From contig JBNKTL010000067.1 in the NCBI GenBank assembly GCA_050298055.1, forward strand, positions 3,702 to 15,550: 11,849 bases of DNA. Direction: 5' to 3'. This document shows, in pieces, positions 1 to 7,668 of the stretch. Below the pieces are notes generated by a model that had not been told where the DNA came from, made no database searches, and saw nothing but the letters and a program-made list of their open reading frames with translations. The position numbers and the translations under genes were made by a program. Each line of letters starts with the position of its first letter. The stretch's first letter is position 1. This stretch comes from Spirochaetota bacterium (lineage in GTDB: Bacteria; Spirochaetota; UBA4802; UBA5550).

Positions 1-436
1 GGGAATCCCTCTCGAAGCCGACCTCTTCAAGGAGGTCCAGGGCGATGTCGTCCCTTTCGCCGTATTTACCTCCCTCCATCTCCTTCACCCTGGGGGAGCA
101 GAGGGGGATAATAAGATTTTTATAGGCTGCCAGCTGATAAAAGGGCTTTACCATCTGAAATGTCCGGGCAATGCCCAGGAGCACCCTTTTGTGGGGCTGA
201 AGGTTCTGTATCTCTTTCCCATGGAAACGGATTCTACCGGATGTGGGCTTCACAAAACCGGTGATCAGGTTCGCAAGTGTTGTTTTCCCCGATCCGTTGG
301 GGCCGATGACTCCCAGTATTTCACCTTTTTTCAGCTCAAAGCTAATACTGTTTACCGCCTTTATTCCCCCGAAACTTTTAGAGATATTGTCAACTTGTAA
401 TAATGGATGATCTTCTAAAAACGGTTTTTTCCTCAC
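1..436 (-). CDS. livG: Branched-chain amino acid (HAAT) family ABC transporter ATP-binding protein, LivG-like; 3' part runs off the window
   Basis: Not in the ORF track; translated by hand from GTG at 436, which overlaps the livM stop (TAGTG) and has GGAGGTG upstream: MRKKPFLEDHPLLQVDNISKSFGGIKAVNSISFELKKGEILGVIGPNGSGKTTLANLITGFVKPTSGRIRFHGKEIQNLQPHKRVLLGIARTFQMVKPF... Walker A GPNGSGKT and the LivG-type GIARTFQ Q-loop; open to the window edge. Confidence 0.93.
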   Translation of the reverse strand, partial: MRKKPFLEDHPLLQVDNISKSFGGIKAVNSISFELKKGEILGVIGPNGSGKTTLANLITGFVKPTSGRIRFHGKEIQNLQPHKRVLLGIARTFQMVKPFYQLAAYKNLIIPLCSPRVKEMEGGKYGERDDIALDLLEEVGFERDS

Positions 437-1437
437 TACTTCACCTCCACCCAGCGCTCAAACTGCTGGTACTTTCTCTGGATATAGGGGAAAATGCCGT
501 CGGGGAGGGCCACGATAAAGAATACAAGGAACATTCCGTAGAAAACAATTCTGAGACCGCCGAATTCTCTCAACATCTCCGAAAGGGGCACAAGAATAAA
601 AGCTCCCAGGACCGGGCCGGCGAATGTTCCCACGCCGCCGACAACCGATGCGGCTATGGGAAGAATGGCGTAATCCAGGGCAAAGTCGGGGACCCCCACG
701 AAGAGGTATACGTGGGTGATAAATGCCCCTGCGAAACATCCGACTGCGCTTGCAATAAAGAGAACAAAGGCTTTGTAGTTATTTATATTAATGCCGGAGC
801 TTTTTACCGACTGATCATTATCATGGATCCCCTTGAGGACAAGCCCGTAATCTGAAGACATGAAACGTCTGAAACCGAAAAGTACCAGGAGGAGAAAGAT
901 AAGGGGGAGATAAAGCTCAAGCCAGGAGAAGGTAAGCCCGTCAAGCCCTGTAAGTCCCTCGGTCCCGCCGAAAATACGGGTTGCTTCAATGAGTCTTTCG
1001 AAGAATATGGGGAGGATCAGGGTGGTCATGGAAAAGTATATGCCCCGGAGCCTCACAAGGGGCATCAGGATAAAAGTTGAAAAGAGCCCCCCGGCAACCA
1101 TTGCAACAGGTATGGTGATAAAGGGGTGCCAGCCGAAATAGAAATTGAGGACCCCGGAGAAGTAGGCCCCGATCCCGAAAAAGAGGCTCTGACCCAGGGA
1201 GATCATCCCTGTCTGGTTCAGCATGTCCCAGCTCAGGGAGAGTATCCCGAAAACTGCCACCGAAAGGAGCACTCTCTGCCAGTAGGGACCCAGAAACAGC
1301 GCGAGAAAGATAATGATCATAATGGGGAGTACCCTGGGTGCCGCCAGGTAGAGCATCTCCCTCCATGAACTCAGCGCGAATAAATCGCTGGACCGGACCT
1401 TTATACCTCTGTCAATTCTCTCTTTTCTCTTTGCCAT
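436..1437 (-). CDS. livM: HAAT family ABC transporter permease, LivM-like
   Basis: 333 aa, multi-pass hydrophobic. Motifs GMISLGQSLFFGIGAY, RLRGIYFSMTT, GGTEGL, VVGGVGTFAGPVLGA. Start overlaps the livH stop (TAATG). Confidence 0.93.
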   Translation of the reverse strand: MAKRKERIDRGIKVRSSDLFALSSWREMLYLAAPRVLPIMIIIFLALFLGPYWQRVLLSVAVFGILSLSWDMLNQTGMISLGQSLFFGIGAYFSGVLNFYFGWHPFITIPVAMVAGGLFSTFILMPLVRLRGIYFSMTTLILPIFFERLIEATRIFGGTEGLTGLDGLTFSWLELYLPLIFLLLVLFGFRRFMSSDYGLVLKGIHDNDQSVKSSGININNYKAFVLFIASAVGCFAGAFITHVYLFVGVPDFALDYAILPIAASVVGGVGTFAGPVLGAFILVPLSEMLREFGGLRIVFYGMFLVFFIVALPDGIFPYIQRKYQQFERWVEVK

Positions 1438-2309
1438 TATACTCTCTCTTCAAGTTCTTTCTGTTTCCCGAACAATCCTGACGGCTTAAAGGCCAGCACA
1501 AAGAGGATTGTAAGGGGCGGGACAAACATTACCCAGTGTGTGTCAAAGTAAGCGGATGTGAAAGTCTGTATATACCCTATGATGAATGCCGCAATGATAA
1601 GGCCGCCGGTGGAACCCAATCCTCCCACAATGCTCACCGCAAGGGCATTGATAAGGACAACATATCCCTGTTCGATGGATATTGTTCCCAGGGGAAATAT
1701 GGTTATTGCGGAAATGGCAGCAATTGCGGACCCGAAAGCAACGCTCAGGCTTGCGATAAAGTCGGTGTCGATCCCCAGGGTGAGGGCGGTAAATTCGTCC
1801 TGGGCGATCCCCCTGAACGCAAGACCGATCTTGGTATGGTGCGTAAAGACCCAGAGTCCCCCGGTGAGGAAAAGACCGATAATAACAATCATAATCCGCT
1901 GGATAGAAACAGTCACCACTCCCAGGTCGATGCTCCCTTCTATCATTACGGGAAGAGTATACTCGAACCCGTAGAAACCGAGATACCTGAACAGTTCAAG
2001 GACTGCAAGACCGATACCGAATGTGGCAATCACCTCGGAAAGCTCTATTCCCCGGACCCTCTGCAGAATAAACCTGTAGATAAGGGCGCCGAAAAGAGCT
2101 GTTATTAAAATGGATAAAATTGCTGAAAAGGCGTAAGGTATCCCTCCCTTGTGCATCAGTATCCAGGTCATGAGGCCGGCAAAGACATAGAGCCCGCCGT
2201 ATGCGAAATTAGCAATACCGCTGATCCCGAAGACGAGACTGAATCCCAGCGCAACCAGTGCAAGTATGATGCTGTTGATAAAACCCAGAACCATTGTGGA
2301 AAGAAACAT
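1437..2309 (-). CDS. livH: HAAT family ABC transporter permease, LivH-like
   Basis: 290 aa, hydrophobic. Motifs ALVALGFSLVFGISGIANFAYG, TKIGLAFRGIAQD, IVGGLGS, KPSGLFG. GGGGA upstream of the ATG. Confidence 0.93.
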   Translation of the reverse strand: MFLSTMVLGFINSIILALVALGFSLVFGISGIANFAYGGLYVFAGLMTWILMHKGGIPYAFSAILSILITALFGALIYRFILQRVRGIELSEVIATFGIGLAVLELFRYLGFYGFEYTLPVMIEGSIDLGVVTVSIQRIMIVIIGLFLTGGLWVFTHHTKIGLAFRGIAQDEFTALTLGIDTDFIASLSVAFGSAIAAISAITIFPLGTISIEQGYVVLINALAVSIVGGLGSTGGLIIAAFIIGYIQTFTSAYFDTHWVMFVPPLTILFVLAFKPSGLFGKQKELEERV

Positions 2310-2565
2310 CAGATTTCCCCATATTAAGTTGAGATATAAAGTCTCATTTATGATCTCAAACTGTTTTAATTAAGTTTGTAACTACTCACATCTGTCTATA
2401 AAAAGAGATATTTTTATCTTTTTTAACAGTTTTATTCTATTATAACAATGATTTTTCACAATTTCTCAACTCTTTAAATGAGATCTTATAGGGTAATAAA
2501 TAAAAAAACAGATATTTGTTTCGTACCAAAAAGCTGATTAATTACCTGATTTTATTTGTTTACCA

Positions 2566-2600
2566 GATACATATCAGCTATGTTGTAGCTAATATGTATC
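2566..2600. promoter_or_regulatory. Palindromic operator-like element, copy 1 (upstream of livH)
   Basis: GATACATATCAGCTA-tgttg-TAGCTAATATGTATC: 15-bp inverted arms matching at 14/15, with a 5-bp spacer. Homologous copies at ~4251-4276 and ~5165-5190. Confidence 0.8.
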
Positions 2601-2619
2601 CATATTTGATATTTGTCAA
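2591..2619 (-). promoter_or_regulatory. Putative sigma70 promoter for livHMG
   Basis: TTGACA (2619-2614), 17 bp, CATATT (2596-2591). The -10 lies inside operator copy 1. Confidence 0.6.
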
Positions 2620-2670
2620 CAAAAAAGTAAATAATTTTTAATCTTGGGATCTTATTGTGAGGTTATCTTG

Positions 2671-2719
2671 AAAAAATAATATCTCTCGGTCCCTCTCAAT
2701 ACCACAGGGACCGGGAGAG
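2671..2719 (-). terminator. Probable intrinsic terminator downstream of livK-like gene
   Basis: Minus-strand TCTCCCGGTCCCT-11 nt-AGGGACCGAGAGA (13-bp stem, one mismatch) followed by TATTATTTTTT, ~15 nt after the stop codon. Confidence 0.7.
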
Positions 2720-2732
2720 TTGTCAATAAAGA

Positions 2733-4013
2733 CTATTTCTTTCCAATTTTTACCCAGGAAGGAAGTTTGATCTTATCTTCCTGGAGTGATGCAGGATAAA
2801 AAATCTTACGCTTTCCATCATCTTTCCATTGATAAAAAGCTGCAACAGCGGTCTTGTCGGGATCATTTCCGTAGATAACCTGATGTCCCTGGTCAAACTT
2901 GATCCTTCCCATAACACCCTTTCTATCGGTTTTTTCAAGTTCCGCGACTATTTTTTCGGAATCCGTTGAATTTGCTCTTTCTATGGCCTCTTTCAGGAGA
3001 TAAACTGATTCATATGAGGGAGCAGGTCCATGACCGGCCTGGATCTTTTTGCCGAATTTAGCGGCATAGGCGTTGTAGAATTTCTTTGCCGGGGCATATT
3101 TATCTGAGGGAATGTTCCCCAGTTCAAAGATCGCGTTCATGAGCCCGCCGATATTCTTGTCGAAGGTTTTCCATGCAACTTCCCCTGCCATTGGAGATAT
3201 AAAACCGGCAATCAGTGCGGGTACCTGCATACTCTTCCACTGCTTAACCAGAATACCGCTTTCCGGCATATCGAAGGTAACAAAGAGTACCTCTGCGCCG
3301 GAATCTTTGACCTTTTTCAGGCCGGTTGCGAAATCCTGCGCTCCCAGGGGAAACTGTTCGTGACCGGTAACATCCCATCCGGTCTTTTTAAAGAACTTTT
3401 CCTTCATGGCATTGGCTGTACCCCGGGCCCAGGCTACATCCTGGTTCATGAGAAAGACCTTATTCACACCGAACTCCTTTTTCAGGGTCATCATGGTCCC
3501 TCCCAGGAGTTTTGCCCAGTAGATAACATTAAGAGAAACCCTGAAGATATACTTATACTTTTCAGGATCTTTTTTGATCTTTGCTTCGGTTCCGGGAGTC
3601 ATGGCTATGGTACCGAGCAGAGGGACCTTGTGCTTCGCAATAATGTCCATGCTTGCCATGAGAGCTTCGGAACGGAATGGCCCCACAACCAGGGCAGCGG
3701 GTTTCTTCTCGAGGATTATTTTTTCTATTCCCAGCAGCGCTTCGGGAACACGAACGCCCGGGAGACCGTCTCTGATATCGATTTTTTCAACAGATAAAGG
3801 ACGGTTTTTTCCGCCAACTTTAACCCCGCCGGCTTTGTTGATCTCATCAACAGCAAGCATTACAGCATTGAGGGACTCACTCCCTTCAATCAATCCCAGA
3901 GAGGTTGGCAGACCGATAACTATCGGATCACCCCCGGCTTTCTTTTTGCCGCAACTTGAAAAGCCAAAAGTGATCACCACAGCTACAATAAAAAGCAAAA
4001 ATCTTCTCATCAT
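2733..4013 (-). CDS. HAAT/LivK-family ABC transporter substrate-binding lipoprotein (ligand uncertain)
   Basis: 426 aa. Signal peptide with lipobox FSS-C21. LivJ/K-family motifs AVDEINKAGGV, QDFATGLKKVKDSGAEV, YESVYLLKEAIERANSTD, GVMGRIKFD. AAGGAG upstream; adjacent to livHMG. Confidence 0.9.
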   Translation of the reverse strand: MMRRFLLFIVAVVITFGFSSCGKKKAGGDPIVIGLPTSLGLIEGSESLNAVMLAVDEINKAGGVKVGGKNRPLSVEKIDIRDGLPGVRVPEALLGIEKIILEKKPAALVVGPFRSEALMASMDIIAKHKVPLLGTIAMTPGTEAKIKKDPEKYKYIFRVSLNVIYWAKLLGGTMMTLKKEFGVNKVFLMNQDVAWARGTANAMKEKFFKKTGWDVTGHEQFPLGAQDFATGLKKVKDSGAEVLFVTFDMPESGILVKQWKSMQVPALIAGFISPMAGEVAWKTFDKNIGGLMNAIFELGNIPSDKYAPAKKFYNAYAAKFGKKIQAGHGPAPSYESVYLLKEAIERANSTDSEKIVAELEKTDRKGVMGRIKFDQGHQVIYGNDPDKTAVAAFYQWKDDGKRKIFYPASLQEDKIKLPSWVKIGKK

Positions 4014-4250
4014 ACAATCTTCTCCTTTTTAAAATATTTTTTTCTGGTAACGACTCAATTCTGTGGCAAAAAAATCTTTACTAAAATATTAACACCCAAT
4101 TCCTGCAGCCTGTCACAGGGAGGACATACCGGTTATATTCATGAATAGAGTTATTTTTATATATAGCTGAGCCGTTATTTTTTTTCTCCCATAGATCGTA
4201 AAATCAAATGAATATCTTAATACAGTTTTATTTTTTCACCAGGCAAACAC

Positions 4251-4276
4251 TAGCTACTTTATAGCTAAAATGTATC
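4251..4276. promoter_or_regulatory. Operator-like element, copy 2 (upstream of livK-like gene)
   Basis: TAGCTA-cttta-TAGCTAAAATGTATC. Right arm is 14/15 identical to the copy 1 right arm. Confidence 0.78.
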
Positions 4277-4295
4277 TATCCTGGCAATTTGTCAA
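4267..4295 (-). promoter_or_regulatory. Putative sigma70 promoter for livK-like gene
   Basis: TTGACA (4295-4290), 17 bp, CATTTT (4272-4267). The -35 is at exactly the same distance from the operator as in the livH promoter. Confidence 0.55.
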
Positions 4296-4472
4296 GAAGA
4301 TTACTATTATTTATTAAATTAGAAGAAAATTAGAGCGCTATAAAAACCTTTTGTCAACGAGAAATCAATTTTAACATTTAAAGCCGGAAGGGCGTAATTG
4401 AAAATCCGGGACGGGAACCGGATGACTGGATTTGATAATAATTATGTTCTATTTGGTTTTCTCAGTTTTTTT

Positions 4473-4919
4473 TCAGGTTTTTTTGCTTTGTGTTTCCATC
4501 ATTGTGATAAATACACGCATACTACCTACCATTTTAGAAATATAAACATAATCTTTCACATAGTTATCCAGAGTCTCTTCACTATTTCCTGAATTACTCA
4601 AATCATTTAATAAATCATCAAGATAATTAAGAATACCAAAAGCAACAAACCACGAAACAGAAAACTTAAAGTGTCTCCTTAAATCAAGGACCTTCTCATA
4701 AAATACAGGCTCCAGGTTGATATGTTCGATTTTCCAAACTCTCTCCGGACCGCTATCCTGGTACATCACTGTTTCACTGGGCTTAGGAACAAAGCTGTTT
4801 TTCTTAATGAGCCGTGATATTAGGAGTTTAATCAGTTCATTCTTTGACAGACCAACTTCAGCCGTGGCTTCTCTCAGCTTTAAGATCAGTATTGTGTCTG
4901 CATTAATAGTCGTTCTCAT
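4473..4919 (-). CDS. Hypothetical protein with putative ribbon-helix-helix elements (resembles spirochaetal DUF1564-like proteins)
   Basis: The ORF track gives 4473..4973, but ATG at 4919 (MRTTINADTILILKLREATAEVGLSKNELIKLLI, a beta-strand-helix-helix RHH-like pattern) has AAGGA upstream and is preferred (148 aa). A YQ motif and a second RHH-like segment (HINLEPVFYEKVLDLRRHFKFSVSWFVAFGI) follow. Family assignment is from recalled resemblance only. Confidence 0.65.
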   Translation of the reverse strand: MRTTINADTILILKLREATAEVGLSKNELIKLLISRLIKKNSFVPKPSETVMYQDSGPERVWKIEHINLEPVFYEKVLDLRRHFKFSVSWFVAFGILNYLDDLLNDLSNSGNSEETLDNYVKDYVYISKMVGSMRVFITMMETQSKKT

Positions 4920-5135
4920 ATTATCCATCCTTTTATAGTAAAATGCGGGAAGAGAGTAATTCTTCCCAAACATTAATACGATTGAGGAGTGGGATTAATA
5001 AAAACTTTTTACAAAAAGTGAATTCATGCTGTAATTTCCTGGAATTTAATTCACGCTCAACCGGAACATAAATTATTGAAATCCTGAGAGGAAAAACAGG
5101 GAGCCGGGAATTTTAAAACGGATAAAATTTTTTTC

Positions 5136-5165
5136 TTTACAATTTTCATGTTAATAGTATAAATT
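5136..5165 (+). promoter_or_regulatory. Putative sigma70 promoter for the dehydrogenase/hydratase gene
   Basis: TTTACA (5136-5141), 18 bp, TAAATT (5160-5165). The -10 occupies the mirror-equivalent position in operator copy 3. Confidence 0.45.
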
Positions 5166-5190
5166 AGCTAAAATATAGCTATAATGTATC
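5156..5190. promoter_or_regulatory. Operator-like element, copy 3 (upstream of dehydrogenase/hydratase gene)
   Basis: AGTATAAATTAGCTA-aaata-TAGCTATAATGTATC. Core TAGCTA-N5-TAGCTA and the ATGTATC tail are conserved. Confidence 0.78.
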
Positions 5191-5280
5191 CTTTACTTTG
5201 ATGATTATTAATACAGAGGAGGTTCCGGAATTAATACCGGATCGTTGCCCGGTGAGGGACCGGGAGGCGATTAAAATTCT

Positions 5281-7299
5281 ATGAGTAAAAATGAATTAAA
5301 ATCAATTTCCGAGGTCGCCGTTATCGGGGCGGGAACAATGGGGGCTGCAATAGCCCAGCATTTCTGCATGAAAAATCTCAAGGTCGTCCTGGTGGACCTT
5401 AACGAGGAGAGTCTCAAAAGGGGAAAAAAGAATATTGAAGGTTCACTGGGTGAAGCGGTTGAACGAAAGATCATGACCCCTGAAGAGATGGAAGAGTGCC
5501 TGGGAAGGATAAACTTTACCGATTCATACGAAGACCTGGAAAACTGCCAGTATGTTGTGGAAGCGGTATTTGAGGACTTTAATGTGAAAAAATCGGTCTT
5601 CAGTAAAATCGAGGAAAATGTTTCAGATGACTGTGTCATCGCATCCAATACCTCCTCCTTTCCCATCACAGAGTTGGGTAAAGACCTGAAAAATCCGGAA
5701 AGATTTCTCGGGATCCACTACTTCTACCATGCGGCAAAAAACAAGCTGGTGGAGATCATCCCGGGTGAGAAGACAGCGGGACACTTCACAGATTCTCTCA
5801 ACGACTTCTATTTCTACTACGACAAGCTCCCCATAATTGTGGGGGATGTTCCCGGATTTGCGGTGAACCGGTTTTTTGTTCCCTGGCTCAATGAAGCGGT
5901 AAGGCTCTTTGAAGAGGGACAGGGTTCCAGGGAACAGATCGACAGGATCTCCTGCGAGGTTTTTCGGGTGGGGATGGGCCCCTTCGCGCTGATGAACGCT
6001 ACCGGTGTGCCTATTGCACAGCATGCCTCCCAGACCCTTGCAGATGCATTTGGCCCTTTTTATACCCCGGCGGAAAAACTGAAAAGCCAGGTTGAGGCGG
6101 GAAAGGAGTGGGAGATAAACGACCAGGGGGCTGATCCCGGTTCCGATGATATCATCAAAGAGCGGATGCTGGGGGCGACCCTGGGTGTGGCCGCCCAGAT
6201 GGTCACCGAGGGAGTAACAAATCCCACTGATACTGACCTCGGGGCTCGCATCGGACTTCGCTGGCCGCAGGGCCCTTTTGAAATGATGAACCGGATCGGG
6301 ATTGATACGGCAATAAATTCAATTAAAAATGTCTTCTCAAAGTGGGACCTTGAACTCCCCGGGATATTTTCTCAAATAGATAAAAAGAAGGGGTTCCCCT
6401 GCGAATATGTGAGGGTCCATTTTTCCGGGAATACAGCGGTTATTGAATTTAACCGGCCCGACAGTATGAATGCCCTCAACGAGGAGGTCATGGAACAGCT
6501 CTCAGATGTTTTTATCAGGGCGGAGAGCAGTGCCGATGTTGAAAAGATCATCTTCTTCGGCAAGGGGAAAGCCTTTATTGCCGGAGCGGACATCAAGTTC
6601 TTTATCGATAATATTGACAGCGGGAAGATAGATTCAATTTATGAATTTACCGATTTTGGACAGAAGGTTCTTTCCCGAATTTCCGGCTCGAAAAAAACAA
6701 CCATCGCCTATGTTGACGGCCTGGCGCTGGGAGGAGGGCTGGAGTTCGCTCTTGCCTGCGATTACAGGATCGGGACTGCCAGGACAACACTTGCATTCCC
6801 CGAAACCGGGATCGGTATTTATCCCGGCCTGGGGGGAACACAGAGGACAACCCGCCTTGTGGGAAAGGGACTGGCCAAGTTCCTGGTGGCAACCGGGAGG
6901 ATGATAAACGCTGACAAGGCACTTTCAATGGGACTCATCGATTCACTCTCGGAAAGGATCGAGGGAATTGATGAACTGGCCGGGATATCCGCCCCCAAAA
7001 GAAATAAAGTCGATCCTTCAACCCATCCTGAGAACGGATTTGAGAGCTATGACGGAACAGTAAATGAGAAGCTCTTTGAAAATGAACTCTTTGCAAAGTA
7101 TGAAAAGCAGCTGAAGAGCAGGGCCCCCCTGGCGTTAAAGAAAGCCATGGAGCTCATTGATGAAGGTGAAAAGTCAGACCTGGATGAGGCCCTGCAGCTT
7201 GAACTGAAATCCCTGAAAGAGATGTTCGCAACAAAGGACGCCCGGGAGGGATTGGGAAGCGTCATTGAAAGGAAAAGGCCCGTATATAAAGGAGAATAA
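5281..7299 (+). CDS. Bifunctional 3-hydroxyacyl-CoA dehydrogenase (N-terminal) / enoyl-CoA hydratase (C-terminal)
   Basis: 672 aa. Rossmann GAGTMG, VEAVFE, SNTSS, catalytic His146/Glu158 pair (GIHYFYHAAKNKLVE), GFAVNR, and two 3HCDH C-terminal repeats (MGPF, QGPF). Crotonase motifs NRPDSMNALN, FIAGADI, LGGGLEFALACDYR and FPETGIGIYPGLGGTQR, with both catalytic Glu present. Confidence 0.95.
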   Translation: MSKNELKSISEVAVIGAGTMGAAIAQHFCMKNLKVVLVDLNEESLKRGKKNIEGSLGEAVERKIMTPEEMEECLGRINFTDSYEDLENCQYVVEAVFEDFNVKKSVFSKIEENVSDDCVIASNTSSFPITELGKDLKNPERFLGIHYFYHAAKNKLVEIIPGEKTAGHFTDSLNDFYFYYDKLPIIVGDVPGFAVNRFFVPWLNEAVRLFEEGQGSREQIDRISCEVFRVGMGPFALMNATGVPIAQHASQTLADAFGPFYTPAEKLKSQVEAGKEWEINDQGADPGSDDIIKERMLGATLGVAAQMVTEGVTNPTDTDLGARIGLRWPQGPFEMMNRIGIDTAINSIKNVFSKWDLELPGIFSQIDKKKGFPCEYVRVHFSGNTAVIEFNRPDSMNALNEEVMEQLSDVFIRAESSADVEKIIFFGKGKAFIAGADIKFFIDNIDSGKIDSIYEFTDFGQKVLSRISGSKKTTIAYVDGLALGGGLEFALACDYRIGTARTTLAFPETGIGIYPGLGGTQRTTRLVGKGLAKFLVATGRMINADKALSMGLIDSLSERIEGIDELAGISAPKRNKVDPSTHPENGFESYDGTVNEKLFENELFAKYEKQLKSRAPLALKKAMELIDEGEKSDLDEALQLELKSLKEMFATKDAREGLGSVIERKRPVYKGE

Positions 7300-7347
7300 A
7301 AAAATCCTCCATTGTTATAAAAAAATAAAGAATCATTATCATTAGAC

Positions 7348-7374
7348 CCGCCTGATCTCCAGGCGGTTTTTTTT
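7348..7374 (+). terminator. Intrinsic terminator of the dehydrogenase/hydratase gene
   Basis: CCGCCTG-atctc-CAGGCGG perfect 7-bp GC-rich stem followed by T8. Confidence 0.9.
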
Positions 7375-7401
7375 GTGAGTAAATGAGAGTCGCCGGCAGA
7401 T

Positions 7402-7444
7402 AAATGAAAGAGGCCGTCACGAAAGAAATCCGGGACGGCCCTTT
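7402..7444 (-). terminator. Probable terminator downstream of tRNA-Pro
   Basis: Minus-strand GGCCGTC...GACGGCC stem (extendable with AAAG/CTTT) followed by TCTTTCATTT, ~12 nt after the tRNA 3' end. Confidence 0.6.
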
Positions 7445-7456
7445 GATTTTAAGCTT

Positions 7457-7530
7457 TCGGGGCGACTGGATTTGAACCAGCGACCACATGACCCCCAGTC
7501 ATGTGCGCTACCTGACTGCGCCACGCCCCG
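7457..7530 (-). tRNA. tRNA-Pro(GGG), CCA not encoded
   Basis: Reverse complement folds as a cloverleaf: acceptor CGGGGCG/CGCCCCG plus A discriminator, D-arm GCGC/GCGC, anticodon arm CATGA-CT GGG GG-TCATG (anticodon 7496-7494), T-arm GCTGG-TTCAAAT-CCAGT. Confidence 0.97.
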
Positions 7531-7668
7531 CTCTGAAATATGATGTATAACTAATTATCAGCCCTGATTTTGTAAAGGAAAAACCGGTAAATTCGGGTAT
7601 TTTTGTTAGATATTTTATTTTATAAAAAAAGGTGACAAAATGTAAGGGATCATTCCCTCATCAGCCCC

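Noticed and set aside
4329..4357. Second minus-strand TTGACA (4357-4352) as another livK promoter
   Set aside because: The -10 at 17 bp (TCTAAT) lacks the conserved A at position 2, and there is no independent support.
5255..5266. 12-mer AGGGACCGGGAG shared with 2706-2717, as a REP-like repeat
   Set aside because: Only two copies, in different hairpin contexts; not enough to distinguish from chance.
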